Source: the human T2T-CHM13v2.0 reference genome, Homo sapiens. From it: a DNA stretch of 64,000 bases. The notes beneath the pieces are model-generated. The model was given only the letters and a program-made list of their open reading frames with translations, did no database searches and had not been told where the DNA came from. Shown one piece after another: positions 45,930-60,387 of this stretch; position 1 is the stretch's first letter; each line of letters opens with the position of its first letter. Both the position numbers and the translations under genes were made by a program. The stretch lies in the NCBI RefSeq assembly GCF_009914755.1, contig NC_060932.1, one strand, 5' to 3'.

Positions 45930-47160
45930 TTGGAACCATACAACATTTGACTCTTTATGTCTGGCTTCTTCCATAGCATAATGCTTTTGAGGTTCATCCA
46001 TATTTTAACATATATCAGTACTTCATTTTTTATAGATGAATAATATTCCAGTGCACGTATATACCTTATTTCATTTCTGATTTCATCCCTTGATGGATAT
46101 TTGGGTTGTTTCTACCTGTTGTCTCTTGTGAATAGTGCTGTTATAAACAGTTATGTACAACAATTTGTTTGAATACCTGTTTTCAGTTATTTGTAGATAT
46201 ATATCTAGGAGTAAAATTGTGGGACTATATGGTAATTCTATGTTTAACTTTTCGAGGAACCACCAGAATGTTTTTCATAATGGCCGAACCATTTAACATT
46301 TTCCAGCAGCAATGTATGACGGGTTTAATTTCTCAACATCCTCACCCCCACTTGTTATTTTCTGTTTTAGTATTATTATTACTATTATTGGTATCTTACT
46401 GACTGTGAAGTGGTATCTCATTGTGGTTTTGAATAGCATTTCCCTAATGACTAATTCTTGTTAGCCATTTGTATATTTTATTTCAAGATATGTCTATTTA
46501 TCTCCTTCACCCATTTTTAAAAATTGGGTTGTCTTGTTTTTGAGTTGTAAGAGTTCTTCATATATTCTGAATACTAGAACCTTATGGTATATATGATATG
46601 AAAATATTTTCTCCCATTCTGTAGATTGTCTTTTCACTTTCTTGATAATATTCCTTTGATGCACAAAGGTTTTTAATTTTGATGAAGTTCAATTTCCCTA
46701 TTTTTTCTTTTGTTGCTCATGCTTTTGGTGTCATATATAAGAATCTATTGCCAAATCTAAGTCATAAAGGTTTACCTCTATGTTTTCTTCTAAGAGATTT
46801 ATAGGTTTAGTCCTTATATTTATGCTGTTGATCCATTTTGAGTAAAAATGTTGTATATGATGTGGGGTAGGGGTTCAAGTTCATTCTTTTGCATGTGGAA
46901 ATCCAGTTGCCCAGAACCATCTTTTCAACAGACTATTAGCTCCTCTTTTATTGAACTTGCCACCCTCATAAAAAAAATCAACTGACGATGATGTATGAGA
47001 TTTTTTTTCTGGTCACTTAATTTTATTACATTGGTCTATATGTCTATTATTATGCCAGTACTATACTCCCTTGATTAATATAGATTTTTGGTAAGTTTTG
47101 AAATCAAGAATGTGAGTCCTCCAACTTTTTCCTTCTTTTTCAATATTGTTTTGTCTGGCC
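45930..47160 (-). mobile_element. L1MB-type fragment
   Basis: Antisense ORF2 C-terminal/3'UTR motifs (GTGGTATCTCATTGTGGTTTTGA). Confidence 0.85.
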
Positions 47161-49029
47161 TACATTGAAAAGAATGAATAAATTGGAGTTTAAGAGTAGG
47201 ATATAGTTCTAGATATTGATACCAATATCATGTTTGGCTAATAAACAACATTATAGTATAAATAGTCAAGATAATGCATTACCAACAAACTTGTAGTAGA
47301 GATCAGATCTTCCACTGGTGGAAATATACCTCCAGGAGTTCATCTTGCCTTTAGCAGAAGATGACTGTGGTCCATTTTTCACCTTGATCCACAGTCATAG
47401 AAAATCTTCCTTCATCTCACTTCTCAGTCCACTACTTCAGTTGGGCCATCATGAACACTTGAGAGATTCACTCCCAAATGGCTAACAATGCAACCCAGAA
47501 AGAGTCAACGACTATAATATGTTTCAGTTTGAATATACACTTCTGGTATGGAATTGTTAGAGAGAAAACCACCACAATATTGGAAAGAATCTATTTTAAT
47601 ATCTAGGAAAAATTGGCATATTCTGCTAACCCTATATTTTTTTTAGTGGCTGATGTTGCTCAAGTACCTCTGGTTTTTCATATGAATAGTTTATCTTCTG
47701 TTAATATATCTTCTAAATAAACCCACTCTGTTTTACTTGCTGACAATTTATTCTAGTTGCTCACTCTGTCATATCTGTTATATTAAATGAAAATATTGTT
47801 AATTTAGGTCTACTTGATCTCACTCCTAAGATACAAGTACAACAAAATGGATGTTGTGTTCATAAGGAGACCATCCTATCCCCTTTATGTTAGTCACCCA
47901 GACTTTGACAAAGTTATTCCAGTAGAAATCTATCTAGAGCTTCCTCACAAAACACGCTTTTTTAACAGTAGAAAAATTAAGAAATAAAGGATTTATTTCT
48001 GAGTTCTTAAATTCATCTACTTATAAGTTTCGATCTGCTTTTCTTTAAAGTTAAAACAATAGATCCCCAAATCTTACTTAATATTCTCTCCTTGGAACAA
48101 CTTTTCTCTTAAATTAAAAGGTCACAAATTCACTCAACTTCCCATTTATATTTCTAGGTTTTATTTATCTTCCTATGCTATTTCTTAAGCTAATAGATAG
48201 TTCCATTCTTTATGAAGGCACATATTTCAGCTAGTTCACATTGATGGCTTTCAAGAACCATTGTTGCCAATGGAAAGAGGGAAGAGCTATGGTCTATATC
48301 TCAAAACCCTAAATTCCCATATAATTTCCAACTCACCTACCAGCTCTCTGAAACTGTCTGTTCAAAGACATCCCAGGAAAATGCACACCAAATGGGAGCT
48401 TCATTCCCAAGCTCTCTCTGGTTTCTCACGAAGTAGAATTCTCAAAAACCTCTCTTGCTTCTTTAGCACTTGCCCTAGGTCAGAGGCAGAACAAAGAGGT
48501 TTGCTCCAGAAACCCTATTCTTGGGTTCTTCACTGGCTTTGCCTGGACTTCTAAGCTGAGAGCATCTCCCTGTTACAGCATCATCACAACATTTTAAAAT
48601 GAAAGAAGAGAGCACTGAGAGAAGAAAGATAAAAGGGAGAAAATGCTTGCATTCATTTCCACTTATAGTCCTTTTATTCCTTCTGCTAAAATTCCACTCC
48701 TGGCTGACATTTGGGTCCCCTAAGAACTCTGCAGTCTTTGAATGTCTTCCTCATTCTCTTACCATGTATGTGCCAGGCACTATGGTGGGCATAGGGATAC
48801 AATGATGGACATGGCAGCAGAGGTCAAGCCTGCACAAGACTACAAGCTACTCCATGGTGAGGGAGGAGAAAAGCTTAGAGGTCACAGAGTTGTTCTACAT
48901 TTATCTATATTCTCCTTAATAGCCTGAAAAATATGATTATCATGTATCTAACTCAGAAAGTAGTAGAATAAGCTTTTAAAATCTAAAATAAACAATAACA
49001 GAATAAGCTAGGTACAAAGCACAAACATT

Positions 49030-49600
49030 TCTTTCCACTCAATACATTTTTATGAATACCTTTCATTGCTCCAAGAACTGTCATATGCACTGAGGATATA
49101 GCAATGAATAAGTTTCACAAAGGTCCAGCCATCAATAGCCTATACTTTGGTGTAAAGAGATAGATAATATAAAAGTACACAAGTAAATGAATAAATATAA
49201 TAAATTCAGAGAGTTATACCGGCTATGAAAGAGATACAATTGTACTGTGAGACTGAGTATGGCTAAGATAGAGCAAGCAGGAAGGTCTACTTTGGCCAGG
49301 ATTGTGGAGGAAGTTCTCTCTGAGGAGAAGGTGAAAAAGCCCTCCCATACAAAGATCTGGGGTAAGAATGTATTGGACATAGGAAAAAACAATGGTAAAG
49401 GCCTTGAGTCAGAGATGAGCTTGGCATGTTGTAGGAACAGAAGGTGCCTAGATAGTGACCAACGTTTAATGAATGATGGGTAAGCAGTGAAAGATGAATT
49501 TAGGGGATGATGGGAGCTGGACCGTGTACGATCTGGTGAACCAAGGTCTGGACTTCAGATTTCACCCTAAGTGAGATGGACAAAATTTGGAAAGGTGATC
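49030..49600 (-). mobile_element. L2 fragment
   Basis: CACTGAGGATATAGCAATGAATAAG...AAAGGCCTTGAG...GAGCTTGGCATGTT. Confidence 0.7.
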
Positions 49601-49624
49601 TTATATACAAATCAAAAACATCTT

Positions 49625-52495
49625 GCTAATAGAAAACTAAATAAGCCTATATCCAGTTAAAAAATCAAATCAATAATTAATAACCATCCAAAATAGAAAG
49701 TACCAGGCCCAGATGGGTTCACTGGAGAATTCTACCAAACATTTAAGAAAGTAACTATATAAATTCTCTACAATCTCTTTCAGGAGACAGAAGCAGAGGG
49801 AATACTTCCTAATTCATTGAATGAGACCAACATTACCCTAATGGCAAAACCAGACAAAAGCATTATAAGAAAACTACAGACCAATGCCTCTCAGGAATAT
49901 AGCTGCAAAAATCCTCAACAAAATATTAACAAATGAAACTCAACAATGTATAAAAAGAATAAAACACCATGACCAAGTATGGTCTATTTCAGATATGCAA
50001 GACTGGTTCAACATTTAAAACTCAATTAAGGTAATCCATCAAATCAACAGGCTATAAAAGAAAAAAATATATGATTACATCAATAGATGCAGAAAAAACA
50101 TTTGACAAAACCCAACACTCATTCATGACAAAAATGTTCAGAAAACTAAGAATAGAGGGGAACTTTTTCAACTTGATAAAGAATATCTACAAAAAACACT
50201 ACAGCTAATATCATATACTTAATAGTGAGAAATTCAAAGCTTTCCTACAAAGATCAGGAACAAGGCTAGGAAGTTCCCTCCCACTATTGCTTTTCAACAG
50301 CATACTGGAAGTCCTAGCAATGCAATAAGACAAGAAAGTGAAATAAAAAGTACACAAATTTGGAAGGAAGAAATAAAACTGTCTTTGCTCCAAGGTGATA
50401 TAATTGTCTATTCAAAAAATATAATTGTCTGTATAGAAAATCTGAAAGAATTAAAAAAAAACCTCCTGGAACTAATAAGTGAGTATAGTAAGATTGCATG
50501 ATAAAAGGTTAAAATATAAAAGTTAATAACTTTCCTTTATATCAGCAATAAAAAAGTATAATTTGAAGTTAAAAACACAATATTATTTACTATAGCATCC
50601 CCAAAAATGAAATACTTAGATAACAAAATATATACAAGATTGATATAAGGAAAATTACAAAATTCTGATGAATAAAATTAAAGAAGAATTAAACAAATAA
50701 AAAGATAGCCCATGTTCATGGACAGGAAAACTCAATATTATCAAAATGTCAGTTCTTTCAGCCATGATAAAGAGATTTAATGAATTATTAATCAAAATCC
50801 TAGCAAGTTACTTTGTGGATATCAACAAACTGATTCTAAAGTTTACATGGGAAGGCAAAGGGCCCAGAACAGCCACCACAATATTGAAGGAGAAGAACAA
50901 AGTTGGAGAAATGACACAACCTGACACCAAGACTTACCCTTGAAGCTACACTAATCAAGACTGCATGGTATTGGCAAGCGAATAGACAAATGAGTCAATG
51001 GAACAAAATAGAGAGCCTAGAAATAGACTCGCTTAATACAGTCAACTGGTCTTTGACAAATGAGCAAAGGCAATATAATGAAACAAAGATAGCCTTTTCA
51101 TAAATAATATTGAAACAACTGGGCATCCACTTGCAAAACAATAAAGCTAGACATAGATTTTATACTTTTCACAAAAAGTAACTCATGGATCTTTGCCCTA
51201 TATGTAAAATGCAAACCTGTAAAACTTCTAGAAGATAACATAGAAGAAAACCTAGATAACCTTGGGTATGGTGATGGCTTTTTATACACGAAACCAAAGG
51301 CACAATCCATGAAATAAAGAATTTATAAACTTAAAAACTTCTGAGAAAGGAAATGTCAAGAGAGTGAGAAGACAAGCCATAGACTGGGATAAAATATTTG
51401 CAAAAGACACATCTGATAATAGACTTATTTAAAATGTACAAAGAACTCTTAAAACTCAACAATGAGATAGCTAACAACCTGATTAAAAATACATCAGTAT
51501 CTTAACAAACATCTCACTAAAGGAGATATACAGATGGCACATAAACATGAAAAGATGTTCCACATTGTATATCATCAGAAAAATGCAAATTTAAAAGAAT
51601 GCAATAACACTTCATACCTATGAGAATGGACAGAATCCAGAACACTGAAAACACCAAATCCTGGTGAGAATATGGAATAACAGGAACTCTCATTCAATGC
51701 TGGTAGAAATATAAAATGGTACAGCCACTTTGGAAAACAGTTTGGCCATTTCTTACAATAAACATTATCTTATCTTGTGATTCAGTTATCATATTTCTTG
51801 ATATTGACCCAAAGGAGTTGAAATTTGTGGCCACACAAAAACTTGCACATAAATGTTTATAACATCTTTATTTATAATTGCCAAAACTTGGAAGCAACCA
51901 AGGTGTTCTTCAGTAGATGAATGGATAAATAAACTGTGGTACATCCAGAAAACAAAGTATTATTCCATGATAAAAAGAATTGAGCTATAAAGACATAAAA
52001 ATGCATGGAGAAAACTTATTATGAAGCATATTACTAGGTGAAAGAAGCCAATATTACAGGGATACATACTGTATGATTCCAAGTATATGTCACTCTGAAA
52101 AGTCAAAACCATGGAGATAGTAAAAAGATCAGTGGTTGCCAGGGTGAGGGAGGAGGGAGAAATAAATAGGCAGAGACAGAGGATTTTTAGGGCAGTGAAA
52201 ATATTTTGTATGATACTATAATGGTAGATACATGTTATTATACATTTGTCCAAACCCATGGAATGTGCAACACCAAGAGTACACCCTAATGTAAACTATG
52301 GAGTTTGGGTGATTATGATGTGCTAATGTAGGCTCATCAGTTGTAACACATGCACCACTTTGATGGAGAATGTTGATAACGGGGAATACTATGCATGTGT
52401 GGGAGAAGGGGGCAGATGGGAAATCTCTGTACCTTCCTCTCAATTTTGCTGTGAATCTAGAACGTCTCTAAAAAATAGTCTTTAATAAAAATAAA
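49625..52495 (+). mobile_element. L1MC (L1MC1-like), 5'-truncated
   Basis: Degenerate ORF2 RT sequence (CCAGGCCCAGATGGGTTCACTGG) through the L1MC 3'UTR (GGAAATCTCTGTACCTTCC...AATAAAAA). Confidence 0.9.
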
Positions 52496-52814
52496 CAGAC
52501 ACACAAAAAGCACCCTGCTTGTTGCTGCGCTACTTTATGGAGAATGAACATTAGGGAAGAAAGAGTAGAGGTAAGGAGACCAGCAGCTATTAGACAACAC
52601 ATGGCATCTCTGAAGCTCAATACCTTGACTGTTTTCAGATAAGGAAAAATATGCAGGGTTTCCCATACCCAAACACAGGTCTACACAGCAAGAGACTTAG
52701 CCTACCTCAGGATGCCTGGGAAGAGAATTCAGAGTCTTTTCCTATAAAATTTCTCTCTCCAAACAGCTCTGTATAAAGAGGAGGGAAACTGGCTTTTAAA
52801 TAAGAGACTTGTGC

Positions 52815-52960
52815 CGGAATCCCAGCTCTATCAAGTCACCTCTCTAGCCTTCGTTTTTTTTCTTTGTAAAGTGGGACTACTGGGCCCTCCTCTCAGGAGG
52901 TTAATTGAGGTCAGGGATTGAATGAGACAATATAAGCAGAGGCACTCCGGAAATGTTAAC
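52815..52960 (+). mobile_element. MIR fragment
   Basis: AATCCCAGCTCTA...AAGTCACCTCTCT...TGTAAAGTGGG. Confidence 0.6.
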
Positions 52961-53882
52961 TTCCCTTCCCTCTGGGGGTGGTAGCTTTCAGAAATGTGGG
53001 TGCAAGAAGCTACTCCTGTCCTATGCATCTCAGACCAGAATAGATCATGTTTAGAAACAACTCTTGTTTTTATTACTCTTCCATAAGAAGCGTGAAGGTA
53101 ATGGGACCAGGGGACAAGGCAGTTCATTTCAATCTACCTTATTCAATCAACAATAAGCTAGAACTGAGAGTGACCCAAAAAATCAAGAAAAGCCGTCATG
53201 GAAAAGGTTAGCTCAGCTCACTCTATGCCAAATCAAACCACAGCATCACACCTACTCTGAGACAAAGCCGTGAGGACTAACTTTTGCATAGTTGCAAACT
53301 GTTTCAAAGTGCATTCCTTTCTGTAACACTCTCTGGGAATGTGATTTGGACAGGGAAGCAGTTTTGAAGAGTTTGGATCTGCATGTAAAGAAAGGGCCAA
53401 AATGAAGGTTGGAGTAATAGTTTTCACCTGACAGCCAGTGGAGGGGTTTACTTGGGTAAATGGTTTTCTAATTGACAGTTTTAGGCCCTGGCAACTGCAA
53501 TTGAAGTGGAGCCCAAATCTTTTGGAGGGACTGTAACTCTAAAAGCTGTGTTAATGCGATAGATTAAACGTACCAAAGCTGCGGCAGGCCAGCAGCAGAC
53601 CCCGGTGCTGGGGATTGCCTTTTCCTGGTTTCACAACTGTTTATTTTGATTGCTTTAAGTGTTGCAAAGCTCCATCGCCTTTCTTTCACGTTTCTGGCCC
53701 ACCTCTACCCATACTGCTGGTTCATTGAAGCTTCTATCCAAGTTTTGATTCCTCACAAAGCCTCTGTTAATCATGTGGTCAAAGATATTGGGTGGTAAAG
53801 TTTGGTTACCCTGAAAATCCACATGGTCTAGAATTCTCCCTTTTCCATGCATTTGCAGGACTTTTTCCACACACGTTTCCAC

Positions 53883-54325
53883 TGTAGTAGCCAGCTTACG
53901 GTGTATCTAAAACAACCTCAGAAATCTCAGGGTCTTGTGGGTTATACGTCAGCTATGGTTTGGCTTATTTATTCTGGGCTCAGCTGAGAGGCTGTGCTTT
54001 AGGGTGCAGGTTTATTAAGTTGGCTCCAGGCTTTAGTTTGGATTCAGGTGTGCTCCATATGGCCTCCATCCTACTGGGACCAGCAGCTACCTGGTGCCTG
54101 TCCTCATGGAAAATGGAAGAAGCTCAAGAGGGAAAACCAACCACATTTCAGGCCCCTACCCATGTCACTTCCTCTAACATCCCATTGGCCACAGCAAGTC
54201 ACAAGGCTAAACCAAAAGTAAAGGGCAGGGAAACACACTTCTTCCCTAGCGGGAATAAGGAAAGTCACATGGCCAAGGGTACAGATGTACAATACTAACA
54301 TAGGGATGTGTGAAGCCATCTATTA
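53883..54325 (-). mobile_element. Old MLT1 LTR
   Basis: CATCCCATTGGCCACAGCAAGTCACAAGGC motif and MLT1-like antisense start. Confidence 0.6.
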
Positions 54326-55419
54326 CGGCCCTCTTCTCCAAGTCCTGGTCCCAGTGTTGGTCCTCAATAACAGTGGACAGAGAAGACAGAGAGAATATGG
54401 AACCCCATAGGGGATTATGTTCATTTCCTCACTTTCTACTTCATCTGCTCTTAAATTTGGAGTTTTCCTGGGTCTTACTAGCCCTTATGTACTGATGAAG
54501 TTACAAAAATCATGACAACTCCAACTTCACTAGTTGTGCTCCTATTGGTGTAATGTAAGACCCACTTCAAAAACTTCCCCAGTTAAATCTGGGACTCCCT
54601 AGGAGTATCTGACAAGATCTCACAAAGACTGCCTTCATATCCTTCTGCCCTGGCACCCCCTTGCAGATACTGATACTGACGTCAATGTCTGTGAATCGCC
54701 CAAGAGAGGGAGCCTCATCAGCACCAGTATTACCAGGGCCCCTGTGACAGCTTCCCAGTGCTCTCAAACCCTAAACCTCAGCATTTCAAAAAGGCAATGC
54801 ATTCCCTGTAAGTTCCGCTATGAGTCAAAGAAACAGAGCTACATGTTCCCCTCCAATACGCTGTCATCTTCCTTGTCATGTTCTGAAGAAGGCTTGCTTA
54901 TTGTTCCCACACCAAACTAAGTGTAGCAGATGCTGTCAGCCCCCACCCCTCATGTTTCGTACATATTTCACTCTCCTCCAGATAACTTCCACTACCAATA
55001 TCTGCATCTCTGTTGTTGGAAGATTTTTTTTCCCCCAGAACTGGGAAAGATGACTCTTCCTGCATGTGCAGTAGGCCAGAGGTGCCAGGGAATTCACAAA
55101 AAATTCTCAGCAAATGTTTCTTCTATGAGTAAAGTGCCCACCGAGCACTCCAGACAGACCAGGACTCCCTTGAGGAAATCATTTCACCTCCAACGGCTTC
55201 AATGTGGCGCTGCAAAATTAAAGTGTAGAACCAGAGCGACCCTAAGATTCCTTCCATTCTCAAACATTCTATGGATCTATATATTCTGCCTATGCTTTCC
55301 AGGGAGGTACTGTGAGATCATTTCTAGGATATATTCTTGAGCCAAACTCCTAAATGATGTTAAGAGTGGGAAAGTTGTTCAGCAGAAAAAAGAAAGTTTC
55401 CTGTTAGATCTTAACAGGA

Positions 55420-56763
<1,344 letters not shown>

Positions 56764-57124
56764 GGGGCAGCTTTAAGGAGTCACTCTCACCTTCTCAATG
56801 CACCAGCCTGAGTTGTGTTTCTGCCTCCATGCAGCGCCCACAAGCATGGCATCCCCAGGGCACAGTTGGTGTTTCTGCCACTCAGCTAGTTCAAAACACA
56901 ATGTATCCAGGGTTCCTCTACATGCCATCAGTCCAAACATGGATGTATCTGCCACTTTCTTGTTCTCCAAAAACCCAGTGTAATGGAAAACTTTTTTTTT
57001 TAATTAAAGAGCCCTTGCTTCATCTATTCATTCATTTTTGTGCTAAATTGATACTTTTAAATATTGAAGCTTCCAGGAGCAACTCAAAAGTAGCTTAAGT
57101 AAAGACTTTCACATTTGGCAAGTT

Positions 57125-57424
57125 GTTTTTTTTTTTTTTTCTGAGACGGGGTCTCGCTTTGTCGCCCAGGCTGGAGTGCAGTGGCGCGATCTTGGCTCAC
57201 TGCAACCTCCGCCCCCGCGGGTTCACGCCATTCTCCTGCCTCAGCCTCCCGAGTAGCTGGGACTACAGGAGCCCGCCACCACGCCCGGCTAATTTTTTTG
57301 TATTTTAGTAGAGACGGAGCTTCACTGTGTTAGCCAGGATGGTCTTGATCTCCTGACCTCGTGATCCGCCCGCCTCGGCCTCCCAAAGTGCTGGGATTAC
57401 AGGCGTGAGCCACCGCACCCAGCC
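57125..57424 (-). mobile_element. AluY
   Basis: Y-type positions (TTCACGCCATTC, TTAGCCAGGATGG), many intact CpGs; TSD CA[C/T]ATTTGGCAAGTT. Confidence 0.92.
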
Positions 57425-58614
57425 CCATATTTGGCAAGTTTTTGTAGATCTAACTAAGATAGGAATGTGCAGCCAAATGGAAAAACTTATTTTCAAAAGA
57501 CTTGGGGATGAGCGCAACCTGAAGATAACTGGAAATGAACACTTCTCCAAAGAAAGAATGAAAACTATCTTAAAGACCATGACATGCAAACAGACAGGAG
57601 GATCCCTGAAAAGGTTAGACTGGCATTTTCCAAAGTATGTTCTGTGGAATCTTAATTCTGAATTATTTTAATAGCCATTGCAGAAAACAAATCAAACAAA
57701 ATGGGTCCCAATATCAAGTAAGTTCACAAAACGCCGGGTTACCCAAAGTTAAACAGATTCCTTTATTGTAGCAGTTTTCAGATCCTTTCTCGGATCTGAA
57801 TGGGAATTTAAATGGGATTGCGAAACACAGAGTTTGTACGTGGAGTGGAATTTACTGTTGTACCATTTTAGAGTTAAATCACCCCTAAGACCGTTTTCCT
57901 GTTGACGATTTCACCAAATTCAGGTACTGGTTGGCCTAGGATTTTCCCTTTAACTCGGCAGATATCCGTATCTTAAGTACATTGAAATTCAAATGGAATA
58001 TTACAAGAATAATAATCACAGAAAACACCTCTGGCGCCTTTTTCAAATATTATTGCTTCTAATAAGATCTCCGGGATAAAAGAAAACTCTAATGTTCCTT
58101 GCTTCTGAATGCCTCTGATCAGTGAGTTTGACCCAATTCAGGCTCGTCAGGATCCCAGACGAGCATCAGGCAAGCCTCCATGCCAGTCTCATTTGACCTT
58201 GGAGTACAAGTAATTGTTCCCTGCTTTGTTTCCCTGGAGCTGAAAGTTATTAGACCTGAAAGGAGCCTGAGAGGTCGCCCGTCCCAGCAACAGCCAAGGA
58301 AACTGAGGCCAGGAGATGGGAAGCAACTGGCCTAAAAGCCACACACCAGCTTTTCCTAGAAGCCAAGCCCTGCAAAGCCCACCCAGATGACTACACTATG
58401 CTCCCCCTCCCTGCACTTCTGAGGCATAAAGAACCTCACATTTCCTTCAACCTCATATCCCATTTGGCTCTTCAAGAGTCTAAAGTAATTCCAGTGAGCC
58501 TCCCTATGCCCTGTCACAGACTGGAGCACATTAAGGGCAGGAAATTAGGGCAGGAGTGTGTTTGTAGATCCGGTGCTGATTACTCTTCCACTCAGATTGT
58601 GCATCTACCAATAC

Positions 58615-58790
58615 GGAATGGATTTATCTCTAATTTATTAAAGGTTGGTCAGCATGGATTGATAAAGGAGAGGCCAAGTCTGATACATTTGCCTAAATTG
58701 AATTCTTGGGCCACATTACCAAATCAGCAGACATAATTTATCTGGATTTCAGAAAAGCGTTTAGTGGTTTACCATATAACAGATGCATTT
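58615..58790 (+). mobile_element. Ancient CR1/L3-type LINE reverse-transcriptase fragment
   Basis: Translates to QHGLIKERPSLIHL (cf. CR1 QHGFxKGRSCLTNL) and, in another frame, ADIIYLDFRKAF at 58727-58762 (cf. VDxIYLDFxKAFD). Confidence 0.7.
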
Positions 58791-59429
58791 GCTAAGGCAA
58801 GGCATTGTGTGATGGTTAAGTGTCAGGTGGCAATTCTGGAAACAGGTTTAAAATGGCCCAGAACCCAACACTGGGTGCACTGACAGGAGACGTTTAAGAG
58901 TACAGACAGAGAGGTCAGTCTGGGGGTCATTATTTCAAAGTCCTTAACCCTAATTATAATTTAATTTCCACAATGGTTATATCTCTTGAGAGCAAAATTG
59001 GGATGAAGGGGACAGTTTTAAAAGGAACAGACTGAAAACAAGTTCTGAATTTCTTTTTTTCAATCAAACCAGCTCAGGGATGAAGGAGTTATTCTTCCAC
59101 CAAATGAACACAAATAAACAAAAGAGAAAAGAAGCCAAAGACTTCTGTCCAACAAAGAAATGCAGTGAACTCTGAACAGGACGGCCATGGCAGGCAGTGG
59201 GTTTCACTAATACTCCAAACTCGCAGAGTCTGAATGGATACCTCAAGAAGAAGAGAAATGGCATTTGGTGTTCCTGAGATATAAATAGGCTCAAATAATT
59301 ACATAACTGTGAGTCATTAATATTCCTGCTATGGCCTCAAAAGGCACGAGCTCCTAACTCTGGTTTGAATTTACCTCTTCTTAAAGTTAAGATTTATGCA
59401 TCAGCTTTACATCTTTATGCAGGCAATGT

Positions 59430-59518
59430 GGAATGGATTTCTCTCTAATTCATTAAAGATCAGTCAGCATGGATTGATAAAGGAAAACCCATGTCTGATA
59501 TATTTGCTTAAATTGAAT
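59430..59518 (+). repeat. Second copy of an 89-bp segment (copy of 58615-58703)
   Basis: Ungapped, about 78/89 identical by eye. Confidence 0.9.
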
Positions 59519-59922
59519 ATTTCCTCTGGGCTACTGCAAAGGTGACCTGAGGTGACTGAAATCAAGAATTCGGCCAGGCAGTGTTAAACTGAGATCTACG
59601 TCTAATATCCTCACAAACTCCTCAGGAACCCAAAACAAAGCAGTAGCCAAATGCAGCCTCATTTTCTTAATCGGGAAGAAGCTGTGGTGTTTGGGCTACT
59701 CAATGACTAGTTTCCAGGTCTGCCTGCAAGGTTGAAGCTAAGGATGTCCACAGTACTACAGTGGCCTTGAGCATGTGTGTACTTGCACACATTGTTCTGT
59801 CTCCATGCCTCACTCTCCCACTCCACCCTGGATGCCTGCCAAAGCCAGCTAGACACCACAGCCATCTCTGGCTGACACTTACTTCCCTCTGGGATGCTCT
59901 TTTTGTCTGGAACTGCCAAAGG

Positions 59923-60387
59923 TATGATGGCCAGTTTTATCTGTCAACTGGAAGGGTGTTTTTGGATGAGATTAACATTTAAGATAGTGAACTTTGAGCC
60001 AGCAGGTTGCCTTCCATAATTTGGGTGGGCTCCATCCAATCCATTGGAGGCTTAAATAGAACAAAAAGAGAAGCCTCTCTGAAGCAAGAGAGAATTCTCT
60101 AGCAGACTGCCTTCAGACTCCATCTACACCATGAGTTCTCCTGGGTCTCCAGGCTGCCTGTCCATGCTAAAGATTTGGATGTGCAAGTCTCCATAATTGT
60201 ATGTACCAATTGATTATAACACATTTGTTTTCATATATATAGTGTATATATGTGTGTATATACATATATATACACACACAGTATGTGTACACACATATAT
60301 ATATACACAATATGTGTGTGTGTGTATACACACACACAAATACACATCATGTTAGTTGTGTTTCTCTGGAGAACCCTGACTAATATG
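59923..60387 (+). mobile_element. MLT2 ERVL LTR with internal TA/CA/TG microsatellite (~60233-60346)
   Basis: GGGTGTTTTTGGATGAGATTAACATTT ... TTTCTCTGGAGAACCCTGACTAATA. Confidence 0.85.

Noticed and set aside
57620-57870. Possible old hAT-Charlie MER fragment
   Set aside because: Resemblance too weak to name a family or fix boundaries without a Dfam search.
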